DNA of 59,389 nucleotides from an uncultured Hyphomonas sp. GTDB taxonomy: Bacteria; Pseudomonadota; Alphaproteobacteria; Caulobacterales; Hyphomonadaceae. Below are positions 8,899 to 17,994 of the stretch, piece by piece. Location: assembly GCA_964528975.1 (NCBI GenBank), contig CAZGVG010000002.1, forward strand, positions 1-59,389, written 5' to 3'. Position 1 is the stretch's first letter. Each line of letters opens with the position of its first letter. Under the pieces are notes generated by a model. The model saw nothing but the letters and a program-made list of their open reading frames with translations. It ran no database searches and had not been told where the DNA came from. The translations under genes and the position numbers were made by a program.

Positions 8899-10878
8899 TT
8901 AAAGCCAAGCGGCTTCAACCACATCGACAACATCATCCATAATCTCGGTGATCTTGAAATCCTTTGGGGTATACACGCGGCGCACGCCCATCTGCCGAAG
9001 TGCTTGCTCATCTTCATAAGGGATGATGCCCCCAACAACGAGGGGCACAGAGCCCATATCGGCCTTGTGCATTTCAGCGAGCGTTTCACGGACCAAGTCC
9101 AGATGGCTGCCAGACAGGATTGAGAGACCAATCACATGAGCGTCTGCTTGCTTGGCCTGCGCGACAATCTCGGCGGGGGTAAAGCGTATGCCATCATAAA
9201 CAACCTCCATTCCGCAAGCCCTCGCGCGGGCTGCGATCTGTTCCGCGCCATTTGAGTGGCCATCAAGACCAGGTTTGCCAAGGACGTATTTCATGCGGCG
9301 GCCAAGGCGGTCTGAAACCTCATCGACACGGGCTTTGGTTGCCTCAATGGCCGCATCGCCGCCTGTTCCAATGACGACCGGTACCCCTGTTGGGCCGCGA
9401 TACTCACCAAAAACCTGCCGTAGTGTCGCGCCCCATTCACCTGTCGTGACGCCAGCTTTTGCCGCCTCGATTGAGGGCTCCATGATGTTTTGGTTGCTTG
9501 AAGCGGCGCTCTTAAGGTTCTCAAGCGCTATATCGACCGCTCCCTGGTCCCGTTTTGCGCGCCAGGTTCTGAGCGCCTCCACTTGTTGACGCTCAACCAT
9601 TGGGTCAATCGTCTCGATAGCATCATTGCCTGCGCCAAGTGGGCTGTCTTCGGTTTGCGTGTAAGCGTTTACGCCAACGACTTTCAGGTCGCCGCTCTCG
9701 ATGCCTTTGATCCGATCTATATGCGCTCCGACCAAGCTTTCCTTCATATAACCAACTGCTTCAACCGCGCCGCCCATGTGATCAATCTTTGTAAGCTCTG
9801 CGCGCGCTTGGGTTTTCAGGGCTTCGGTTTTACCTTCGATTACATGGCTGCCATCAAATAGGTCTTCGTATTCAAGCAAATCAGTTTCGAACGCGAGAAT
9901 CTGCTGCATGCGGAGCGACCATTGCTGATCCCACGGCCTTGGAAGGCCAAGCGCCTCATTCCAGGCCGGAAGCTGTAAAGCGCGGCAGCGGGCGCGTTTG
10001 GACAGGGTTACAGCAAGGGCCTCGATAAGTATTCGATAGACGTTATTCTCGGGTTGTGGCTCGGTTAACCCAAGCGAGTTGACCTGCACGCCATAGCGAA
10101 AGCGCAGCGCTTTTTCATTGTCGACGCCATAACGCGTGCGGCCAATCTCTTCCCAGAGATCAACGAATGCGCGCATCTTGCAAAGTTCGGTTACGAAGCG
10201 GACGCCGGCATTCACAAAGAAGGAGATCCTGCCAAACACGATGCTGAAGTCTTCCTCTGGCACTTGGCCTCCGGTTTTGACGGCGTCGAGTACAGCGCAA
10301 GCCGTCGCCAAAGCATAAGCTAGTTCTTGTTCGGGTGTCGCACCAGCTTCCTGCAAGTGATAGGAGCACACGTTCAAGGGGTTCCACTTTGGCACCTCAG
10401 TGTAGCACCAGCTGACCATATCGCTGATCAGGCGCATGCTGGGCTGTGGCGGAAAGACATAAGTGCCACGTGAGAGATATTCCTTGATAATATCGTTTTG
10501 GGTTGTCCCGCGCAGCTTGGCGCGGTCATCTCCGCGCTCATCGGCCAGCGCGACATAAAGCGCCAATAACCATGCGGCTGGAGCGTTAATCGTCATCGAC
10601 GTGTTCATGTCTTCGAGCGGCAAATCCGCAAAAAGGGTCCTCATATCCCCAAGATGCGCAACCGGAACTCCAACTTTTCCAACCTCGCCTTTAGCCAAGA
10701 TATGATCACCATCATAGGCGGTCTGGGTTGGCAGATCGAAGGCGATAGATAGACCTGTCTGACCTTTGGAGAGGTTCTTGCGGTAAAGCGCATTCGATTT
10801 TTCCGCTGTGGAATGTCCGGCATAGGTACGGAAAATCCAGGGTCGGTCCGGGGCGTGTTGAAAGGCCGTATCTGCCAT
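8899..10878 (-). CDS. ecm: Ethylmalonyl-CoA mutase (MeaA/Ecm), B12-dependent
   Basis: DRPWIFRTYAGHS, GQTGLSIAFDLPTQ, NVCSYHLQEAGA, C-terminal KPGLDGHSNGAEQ B12-binding motif; near ccr. Confidence 0.95.
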   Translation of the reverse strand: MADTAFQHAPDRPWIFRTYAGHSTAEKSNALYRKNLSKGQTGLSIAFDLPTQTAYDGDHILAKGEVGKVGVPVAHLGDMRTLFADLPLEDMNTSMTINAPAAWLLALYVALADERGDDRAKLRGTTQNDIIKEYLSRGTYVFPPQPSMRLISDMVSWCYTEVPKWNPLNVCSYHLQEAGATPEQELAYALATACAVLDAVKTGGQVPEEDFSIVFGRISFFVNAGVRFVTELCKMRAFVDLWEEIGRTRYGVDNEKALRFRYGVQVNSLGLTEPQPENNVYRILIEALAVTLSKRARCRALQLPAWNEALGLPRPWDQQWSLRMQQILAFETDLLEYEDLFDGSHVIEGKTEALKTQARAELTKIDHMGGAVEAVGYMKESLVGAHIDRIKGIESGDLKVVGVNAYTQTEDSPLGAGNDAIETIDPMVERQQVEALRTWRAKRDQGAVDIALENLKSAASSNQNIMEPSIEAAKAGVTTGEWGATLRQVFGEYRGPTGVPVVIGTGGDAAIEATKARVDEVSDRLGRRMKYVLGKPGLDGHSNGAEQIAARARACGMEVVYDGIRFTPAEIVAQAKQADAHVIGLSILSGSHLDLVRETLAEMHKADMGSVPLVVGGIIPYEDEQALRQMGVRRVYTPKDFKITEIMDDVVDVVEAAWL

Positions 10879-11049
10879 AGGATTCTCCACTCGTTCTATC
10901 GCGCCGCAACATGGCCGAGGCGGGTCATTCCGGCAAGTGGCCGTAGGGGCAGCCGCATGCATGCAAAAATGCATTTCTTCATTGGCGAGATATGCGGATA
11001 CTGTCCGTGCGCACTATGGTAGGGCACATACTCTGCTGGAGATCATCAC

Positions 11050-11337
11050 ATGACCGATATGATTGGCCTTGTTGCCGCTTTCTTGACCACCCTGTCTTTC
11101 CTGCCTCAGGCTTTGCTCGTTATCCGAACGGGACGCACGGATGGGATTTCCCTGACCATGTATGCGATGTTTACACTCGGCGTTGCCGGATGGTTGGTTT
11201 ACGGTATTCTGTCCGCAAGCTTGCCGGTTGTCGTCGCAAATGCCTGTACTTTGGCGCTGGCGGCGACCATTCTCACCCTGAAACTCAATGCGGTTCTCAG
11301 GCGCGGTAAGGCTCTGCCGTTGCCTCAGGCGGCTTAA
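11050..11337 (+). CDS. SemiSWEET (PQ-loop) transporter
   Basis: IGLVAAFLTTLSFLPQ, GISLTMY, WLVYG, PVVVAN; 3 TM helices. Confidence 0.9.
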   Translation: MTDMIGLVAAFLTTLSFLPQALLVIRTGRTDGISLTMYAMFTLGVAGWLVYGILSASLPVVVANACTLALAATILTLKLNAVLRRGKALPLPQAA

Positions 11338-11379
11338 TCCGGCAAACCCCCTTCATATCTTGTTGAAGAGGATGCGGAC

Positions 11380-11943
11380 TTGCCATTTGCGCTTATACTT
11401 CCAGTGCTGCTCCGCCTTGCCGGGCCAATCGCTTTTGTTCTTGCCGCATTGAGCGCAGGCGTGATGAATCGCAGCGCGATGATCATTCCGCTTCTGGCTG
11501 TGGCGGCTACCCTTACGACCGTACTCATTCGTAAGTTTAGTCCCTCGCCCGCTTTGAACCTTCAGGCGATGCTAAACCCGCAAGCCAGCACTAAACCTGA
11601 GAGTATCTTCAAAGGCCTGCTACCTCGGTTCGGCGCGGGCCTGGTCGGCTATGGCCTGGCCTTTGGGTTTGCGGCACTGGTTGCAGCGCTCTTTCAAGTG
11701 ACAGAGTTTGAGCCGCGTTTACTGGTTACAGATACAGCCTTCCTGATCGTCCCAGCTATTCTGGCATGTTTCGGCGCCTATATGTCTGCGCAGATGGGTC
11801 TCAACCAGATGGCCAATATGGCAGGTCAGATGCAATCCATGTTTTCTGATATCCAGGCACAGCAAGCGGCAAATGATGAGAGCGGCGACGCCCCGTTTAC
11901 ATTTGAAGGCGAAGTCATTGATCCTGATGATGACGCGTCATAG
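11380..11943 (+). CDS. Hypothetical membrane protein
   Basis: About 4 hydrophobic segments and an acidic tail (FEGEVIDPDDD); GAGG RBS. Confidence 0.65.
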   Translation: MPFALILPVLLRLAGPIAFVLAALSAGVMNRSAMIIPLLAVAATLTTVLIRKFSPSPALNLQAMLNPQASTKPESIFKGLLPRFGAGLVGYGLAFGFAALVAALFQVTEFEPRLLVTDTAFLIVPAILACFGAYMSAQMGLNQMANMAGQMQSMFSDIQAQQAANDESGDAPFTFEGEVIDPDDDAS

Positions 11944-12807
11944 CCATTCAATGGTCGTGGGATCAGCACCAATATAGCTATAATAGAGCGATTGCACGCG
12001 TCGGGTCATGGGTCCGGGGTGACCATTTCTAATTGGTTTCTCGTCCACAGACAGGATCGGGGCAATAACAACGCCAGTTGAGCTGGTGAAAGCTTCGGCG
12101 GCTTCATACAGTTCAGTGACTGTAAAGGCGCGCTCTTCAACGCTCAGCCCAGCCTCGCGCAGGAGCGACAGAATACTCGCACGAGTAATGCCGGGCAGAA
12201 GCGCTCTGGAAAGGTCGCGCGTTACCAAGACCCCAGTTGGCGTTACAATCCATATGTTTGCCGAGGCTGCTTCTGTTACCACGCCATCTTCATGCATGAT
12301 TGCAGTATGTGCCCCTTGCCTTCGAGCTTGCCGGTATGCCAGCGATTGCGACAGAAGCTGAGTGGTCTTCATATCGCGCCGCGCCCAGCGCGTATCTTCC
12401 AGCGATATTGCTGTGATACCATCGCGGGCTGTACCGCCGATCAGGGTTTTGTGCGTCGCGAACATAAATACGGTTGGGCTAAGCTGTTCAGGACCGTAAA
12501 AGTCCCGCGGTCCATGCGCGCCAGCCGAAACCTGGAGGTAGATCAGGCCTTCGGTCAGTGCATTTCGCTCAATCATCTCATGATGTAGATTCGTCAGATT
12601 TATATCTGGCGGTAAGACCTCAATGCCTGACAAGGTGCGGCCCAAACGCTCAAGGTGAGCATCAAAATCGATCAGTTTCTTGTTATAAACAGCTGTTACC
12701 TCGTAGGCCGCCTGAGCAAAGAGGTAGCCACGGTCAAAAGCCGAAATCTGCGCCTCTTCGGGGCGAATAAAATCTCCGTTTAGGTAGACCCATTGTGTGT
12801 CTGGCAT
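11938..12807 (-). CDS. PLP fold-IV aminotransferase (D-amino-acid transaminase-like)
   Basis: ISAFDRGYLF, YEV, RWARRDMKTTQLL, VTEAASANI, LLPGITR. Confidence 0.9.
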   Translation of the reverse strand: MPDTQWVYLNGDFIRPEEAQISAFDRGYLFAQAAYEVTAVYNKKLIDFDAHLERLGRTLSGIEVLPPDINLTNLHHEMIERNALTEGLIYLQVSAGAHGPRDFYGPEQLSPTVFMFATHKTLIGGTARDGITAISLEDTRWARRDMKTTQLLSQSLAYRQARRQGAHTAIMHEDGVVTEAASANIWIVTPTGVLVTRDLSRALLPGITRASILSLLREAGLSVEERAFTVTELYEAAEAFTSSTGVVIAPILSVDEKPIRNGHPGPMTRRVQSLYYSYIGADPTTIEWL

Positions 12808-12838
12808 GGCCTCAGCACCCTTTGCGAATTCAGACTCT

Positions 12839-12855
12839 ATTGTGCAGTGCACAAT
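12839..12855. promoter_or_regulatory. Palindromic operator upstream of ccr, PhaR/AniA-like
   Basis: ATTGTGCA-G-TGCACAAT perfect 8-bp arms; contains TGCAGTGCACAA. Confidence 0.6.
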
Positions 12856-12967
12856 TACCGCTTGCAATAAAGCATCACGTGCGACAGTTTGAACCGAAAG
12901 GCCAGACCTGTGAAGACATCCCGGAATGGGGGCTGCAGGCTGGATTCAGGAGGAAAGGATTTGCGCC

Positions 12968-14236
12968 ATGGCACAGGCTAATCGCGAGCAAAAAGACATT
13001 TATGAAATGGGCGAAATACCGCCTGAGTTTCATGTTCCGAAGATGATGCACGCTTGGGCAATCCGGCGCGAGCGTCATGGCCGTCCCTCTACAGCGATGC
13101 AGATCGAGCAAGTGCCTGTCCCTGAAATCGACAGCGATGAAGTGCTGGTTCTGGTTATGGCGGCTGGCGTAAATTATAATGGTATTTGGGCAGGTTTGGG
13201 GGAGCCGATCTCTCCCTTTGATGTTCACAAGGCAGACTTTCATGTCGCAGGGTCTGATGCTTCCGGCATCGTCTGGGCGGTTGGCCGCAAAGTCACACGT
13301 GTGAAGCCCGGTGATGAAGTGGTCATTCACTGCAATCAGGATGATGGCGACGATGAGGAGTGTAATGGCGGGGACCCGATGTTCTCACCCAGCCAGCGTA
13401 TTTGGGGTTATGAGACACCGGATGGTTCTTTTGCTCAGTTCTGCCGCGTCCAGGCGCGCCAATGTATGCCGCGCCCTAAGCACCTGACCTGGGAAGAAAG
13501 CGCTTGCTACACACTCACGCTGGCGACGGCCTATCGGATGCTATTTGGCCACCGCCCACACATTGTAAAGCCGGGTAATAATGTTCTGGTTTGGGGCGCT
13601 TCTGGTGGATTGGGGAGCTTCGGCGTTCAATTATGCGCTGTTACAGGCGCACATGCGATAGGCGTTGTTGGCGGGGAAGAGAAGTTCGATTTCGTCCGTT
13701 CAATGGGCGCCAAAGGTGTGATTAATCGCAAGGACTTTAACTGTTGGGGTCAGCTTCCCACGGTCAATGGTCCTGAGTTTAGTGATTATATGCGGGAAAG
13801 CCGCAAGTTTGGCAAAGCGATTTGGGAGATTACAGGCCGTAAAGACGTCGATATCGTCTTTGAGCACCCAGGCGAGGCGACATTCCCGGTCTCGGTCTTT
13901 GTCGTCAAGCGCGGAGGCATGGTCGTCATTTGCGCAGGAACAACAGGGTTTAACCTCACAGTCGATGCCCGTTTTCTGTGGATGCGTCAGAAACGGGTTC
14001 AGGGGAGCCACTTTGCCAATCTAAAGCAGGCCTCAGCGGCAAACCAGCTGGTGATCGACCGCCGGATTGACCCGTGCATGTCAGAGGTTTTCGGCTGGGC
14101 TGATATTCCAGCAGCGCACGAGAAAATGCTCGATAATAAGCACGCACCTGGCAATATGGCAGTTCTGGTGAGCAGTCCAAAGCCCGGCTTGCGTACAGTT
14201 GAAGACGTCCTGGACGTCGGGCCTCTGCAGGCTTAG
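12968..14236 (+). CDS. ccr: Crotonyl-CoA carboxylase/reductase
   Basis: VMAAGVNYNGIWA, GSDASGIVW, IWGYETPDGSFAQF, WGASGGLG, LWMRQKRVQGSH. Confidence 0.97.
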   Translation: MAQANREQKDIYEMGEIPPEFHVPKMMHAWAIRRERHGRPSTAMQIEQVPVPEIDSDEVLVLVMAAGVNYNGIWAGLGEPISPFDVHKADFHVAGSDASGIVWAVGRKVTRVKPGDEVVIHCNQDDGDDEECNGGDPMFSPSQRIWGYETPDGSFAQFCRVQARQCMPRPKHLTWEESACYTLTLATAYRMLFGHRPHIVKPGNNVLVWGASGGLGSFGVQLCAVTGAHAIGVVGGEEKFDFVRSMGAKGVINRKDFNCWGQLPTVNGPEFSDYMRESRKFGKAIWEITGRKDVDIVFEHPGEATFPVSVFVVKRGGMVVICAGTTGFNLTVDARFLWMRQKRVQGSHFANLKQASAANQLVIDRRIDPCMSEVFGWADIPAAHEKMLDNKHAPGNMAVLVSSPKPGLRTVEDVLDVGPLQA

Positions 14237-14290
14237 GCGATCTGGAACAGGTTTTGCTTCACTGAAAGCTCTATCTTCGCGGAGAGCCAG

Positions 14291-15061
14291 ATGCCAGACA
14301 AAGCACCAATTATAGCCCTTACAGCGGGTGGTCCACACGCCTGGATCATGATCAATGCTTTGCGGGACCGGTTCGGAGATTTTCCAGTTATACTGGAGGA
14401 CGTCGAACCCGCTGCTGTTTTCTGGAAGCGCCGCCGTAAAATGCTTGGCCCACTGAAAGTGGCGAGCATGCAAGCGGCCCGAATCCCGATGAAGCTGACA
14501 AAGCGCGGGGCATGGACAGTGATCAAGTCTATGATTCAGACTGAAGGCTTGGACCCTGAAGCCGATGAGGATGTGAACATCATCAAAGTCGCTTCTGTGA
14601 ATTCAGATGCGGCTCGCGCAGCCTTGAATGCGGCTCAGCCCAAGGCAGTTTTTGTCGTTTCAACTCGAATGATTGGTAAGAAGACGCTTGGCAGTGTGGA
14701 TGCGCCTTTCATCAACTATCATTCCGGCATAAATCCAGCGTATCGCGGCATGTTTGGCGGGTATTTTGCGCTCGCCAATCGTGAACCGGAGCATTTTGGC
14801 GCGACGGTCCATTTGGTCGATGAGGGTGTAGATACAGGCGATGTGCTCTACCAGTCCCAGGTTGAGGTACAGCCGAAAGACAATTTCCATACTTATTTAT
14901 GGCGTATGGCGGCAGGTAGCAGGGATATTGTCATCAAAGCCATGCAAGATGCCGTTGAAGGCGGGCTAAAGCCCCACCGTGTAGATTTGCCATCGAAGCA
15001 GTATTTCGCCCCAACGCTGGGTGGTTATCTCTGGACCGGATTTACAAAAGGCGTCTGGTAA
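14291..15061 (+). CDS. Formyltransferase-family protein (single catalytic domain)
   Basis: INYHSGINPAYRG and ATVHLVDEGVDTG motifs. Confidence 0.85.
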   Translation: MPDKAPIIALTAGGPHAWIMINALRDRFGDFPVILEDVEPAAVFWKRRRKMLGPLKVASMQAARIPMKLTKRGAWTVIKSMIQTEGLDPEADEDVNIIKVASVNSDAARAALNAAQPKAVFVVSTRMIGKKTLGSVDAPFINYHSGINPAYRGMFGGYFALANREPEHFGATVHLVDEGVDTGDVLYQSQVEVQPKDNFHTYLWRMAAGSRDIVIKAMQDAVEGGLKPHRVDLPSKQYFAPTLGGYLWTGFTKGVW

Positions 15062-16182
15062 CAGAGCGCTTGGTGAGACAAACGGTCTGAGATAATTTCG
15101 CGCCAGTTCTGATCTGGCGGTGCAGACTGCCTCAGTAAGAAAGGCATATCTGCCTGTAGCGTCGGTGTGTCTGTATTTGATTTAAGATAGCGACCGTCCC
15201 AGACCCTCCCAGCCTGTTCCAAGTGCGCTTTGCCAGGGTCCCGGCCGATCACAAGTCCAGTTTTAGTTTTCTGAAACCAAGCGCCGCCGAGGGTTTGGCG
15301 CTGACCCGGAACCTTGAGCGTTGCCAGCATCTGCACGGCAGCCGCCAAGCGACTTGCCCCAGTCTGACCGCTGGCAAACCGCGCGAGTAAGGAGACGATC
15401 TCTGGCGAGCTAGCGGCCTCTGACACTTCTATCAAACCTGAGTGCGATACAGAGATTGAGGTTGCGTGAGCTAGGACCTGCCCAATCCTGGCTTCCTCAG
15501 CCTGTCTCTCGGGCTGGAGGCATCGCACTTGGTGCGCGGCTAACCCTTGCAGGGTAGGGTGCCGTTTCAGGGTCTGACGAATGCGGATGCGTTCATAGGC
15601 TGGATCGCTATTGGATGGGTCTGTGACCCATTTCAGACCCTGCTGCACAAGCAGGTTTTGTAGCTCTTGCCGACTTGTATGAACAAGCGGTCGTAAGAGG
15701 GTTTGGCCCCGCCCTTCCGGCCAGATCGGAGACGGGCTTGCCAGAACGGGCCCTGCAACAGCGGCCGACCGATTGCCACGCCGCCTGCGGATCAACGCGG
15801 TCTCAACCACATCGTCAAACGTATGGCCTAGTAAAATAATGCGCGCACCAAGTGAGCTTGCTGATTGAGCTAGAAGGGCATGACGCGCGCCGCGCGCTGC
15901 GTTCTGTGCTGGTTTTGGGGTGTCCCAGACAAGGGTTGAGTGCGGGTGACCTAGCTCCTGGCAGAGATGTGAAACGTTGGCAGCCTCTTTGGCAGCCTCT
16001 GGTCTCAATTTGTGATCCACTGTGAGGATGTGAAGCGCGCGCCCCGTTTCCAGCGCCCAGCGATGCGTGAGCCAGAGCAGGGCGAGCGAGTCGCTACCTC
16101 CTGAAACGCCAAGGAGAATTGGAAGCTGAAGGTCAGGGCTGAACCGCTCAGTCAGCGCTGTGAAATCAGCCCCGAACCTCAC
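15025..16182 (-). CDS. tilS: tRNA(Ile)-lysidine synthetase
   Basis: GVSGGSDS PP-loop, VDHKLR, GHTFDD, LLRPL, DPSN; follows cpoB. Confidence 0.88.
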   Translation of the reverse strand: MRFGADFTALTERFSPDLQLPILLGVSGGSDSLALLWLTHRWALETGRALHILTVDHKLRPEAAKEAANVSHLCQELGHPHSTLVWDTPKPAQNAARGARHALLAQSASSLGARIILLGHTFDDVVETALIRRRRGNRSAAVAGPVLASPSPIWPEGRGQTLLRPLVHTSRQELQNLLVQQGLKWVTDPSNSDPAYERIRIRQTLKRHPTLQGLAAHQVRCLQPERQAEEARIGQVLAHATSISVSHSGLIEVSEAASSPEIVSLLARFASGQTGASRLAAAVQMLATLKVPGQRQTLGGAWFQKTKTGLVIGRDPGKAHLEQAGRVWDGRYLKSNTDTPTLQADMPFLLRQSAPPDQNWREIISDRLSHQALCYQTPFVNPVQR

Positions 16183-16188
16183 GAAAGC

Positions 16189-17202
16189 TTAGCTGTCGCA
16201 GCCTGAGCGAACGCGCTCGCCAGCTGCGAGGTTCTTGGTCACGCCAGAAGCATTTGGATATTGCTCCGGCAATAAGCTTAAAGCGCCGCAGGCTTGCTCT
16301 GTGTCGCCAACGAGACGCATGGAGCGTGCGAGCTTGGCCAATGCTTCGGGCGCGCGCGGATCATCAGGATAGGCGCGGATCATAGTTGTGTAAGCGGCGC
16401 CAGATTCAGCATATGCTTCTTGCTGGTAAAGCACTTCGGCGAGCCAATACTGGGCTTCGCCTGCTTGTGGATCATCGCTAAATTGCTCGAGAAAAGACCG
16501 GAAAGCGGTTTCTGCGCCAGCATAGTCAAACTGTAGCAAGCGTGATTTTGCTTCAGCGAATAAGGGGCCTGCATCGCCGGGTAAGGCGCTTGCCGGAAGT
16601 GTTCCAAGCGAACCTTGCGGGAGGTCATTCGCCGTTGTTTCAACCACAGCTTGGTCCGTTGCCGTCCTTGTAGAAGGCGTTTGTGTTGTTGCTACGGTTC
16701 GCCTGACAATCCGCGTTGGACCACTTGTTGTGGTTGTTTCGACTGATCCAGGGTCTGTTGCTGCTGGTGCTGTTTCACTTACTGAACTTAAGTCTGCATC
16801 TGCGCTGGTTTCATCCAAGATGGAGCTGGCATTCATAGAAGACAGGTCACGCTCCAAAGTGCTGATCTTCTTGTCTTGGTCAGACAAGCGTTTCTCCAGT
16901 TGGGTAATCAAACGGTCCAGTTCTGCATCATCCGATTGCATATTATTGATCTGGTCGCGTGATTGCGACAGGAGAAATTCGAGCGTCTCGACCTTGCCTG
17001 TCAGGTCAGCTTTGTCGGACTCGATTCCGGTCATGCGGGCGCGCAATTCGGCATTGCTAACCCGCAATTCTTCAACAGTCAGTGCCAGTTCGCCACTTGT
17101 TGTGCCTTGAATGACGGGCGCGTTCCGGCGCTGGGCATCCGCTGTTGGACTAAGACAAATGGCAATAGCAGCCGCAAAGGGCAGAAGAGATTGGCGCAGC
17201 AT
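16189..17202 (-). CDS. cpoB: Tol-Pal system protein YbgF/CpoB
   Basis: Signal peptide, coiled coil, C-terminal TPRs (AQYWLAE, APEALAKL); downstream of pal. Confidence 0.9.
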   Translation of the reverse strand: MLRQSLLPFAAAIAICLSPTADAQRRNAPVIQGTTSGELALTVEELRVSNAELRARMTGIESDKADLTGKVETLEFLLSQSRDQINNMQSDDAELDRLITQLEKRLSDQDKKISTLERDLSSMNASSILDETSADADLSSVSETAPAATDPGSVETTTTSGPTRIVRRTVATTQTPSTRTATDQAVVETTANDLPQGSLGTLPASALPGDAGPLFAEAKSRLLQFDYAGAETAFRSFLEQFSDDPQAGEAQYWLAEVLYQQEAYAESGAAYTTMIRAYPDDPRAPEALAKLARSMRLVGDTEQACGALSLLPEQYPNASGVTKNLAAGERVRSGCDS

Positions 17203-17248
17203 TGATGGCAGACTCCACATATTCAGAAAAGGAATAAGGGTTAGATAT

Positions 17249-17282
17249 GAAACGGCCGGGGCCAAAATGTGACGCCCGGCCG
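17249..17282 (-). terminator. Hairpin after pal (terminator or mRNA-stabilising stem)
   Basis: CGGCCGGG...CCCGGCCG 8-bp inverted repeat followed by TTTC on the minus strand. Confidence 0.5.
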
Positions 17283-17309
17283 AAACCTGTATAATTTGTG
17301 CAGTTGGGT

Positions 17310-17864
17310 TTAGCCAACAACGCCGGAAATCAGCTGTGTGAAGCCGTTCCGGTTCTGAGCCCAGGAATCGTCATTAGAGCCGACAGCCAATGGGCGTTCT
17401 TTGCCGTAGGATACGGTCTGAATACGGGCTGGATCGACACCAAGGTCAACGAGGTAGCTTTTCACAACAGACGCACGGCGCTCGCCAAGGGCAAGATTAT
17501 ACTCACGTGTGCCACGCTCATCACAGTTACCAGCGACGAGAATGTTTACATCCGGGTAAGATGAAAGCCATGCCGCCTGGCGCTTCAGAATGCCTTGGGC
17601 ATCAGCAGCAAGGCGGTATTGATCGAGGTCGAAATAGACCCGGTCACCAACATTGACTTGGAAATCTTCCAGTGATCCCTTGGTTGGGCCTGTGGCGACA
17701 GCCGGCATCGGCGTTGTATCAACAACGGCTGGCTCCTGAACTTCAGGTTCTGCCTCGACAACCGGAGCTGTCTCGACAACTGGCTCTGGATCAGGGGTTG
17801 AAGAACATGCCGCTACGCCAATGAATAGGGCGATAGAGGCAGATGTCATCATAAGCTTACGCAT
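17310..17864 (-). CDS. pal: Peptidoglycan-associated lipoprotein
   Basis: Lipobox VAAC; VYFDLD, GNCDERGTREYNLALGERRA, SYGKERP. Confidence 0.96.
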   Translation of the reverse strand: MRKLMMTSASIALFIGVAACSSTPDPEPVVETAPVVEAEPEVQEPAVVDTTPMPAVATGPTKGSLEDFQVNVGDRVYFDLDQYRLAADAQGILKRQAAWLSSYPDVNILVAGNCDERGTREYNLALGERRASVVKSYLVDLGVDPARIQTVSYGKERPLAVGSNDDSWAQNRNGFTQLISGVVG

Positions 17865-17994
17865 GTAGATCTCCTTGCTTGCGCTTATAGTGGGTGCATT
17901 AGGCACGCTTTTTGTCAACTTCGTGTCACGATATACCAAAATTTTCCGTTAATCGGAATTATTACTGCATTGTCAGATTTATGTACTCTGATTT

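Noticed and set aside
10879-10975. Cobalamin riboswitch upstream of ecm (minus strand has CTGCCCC, GCCAC and a B12-box-like GCCGGAATGACCCGCC)
   Set aside because: No GGGAA/T-loop or GCAACTGT core, spacing too compressed, and the same bases read as a TTGCCG-N17-CATGTT promoter. An Rfam scan would settle it.
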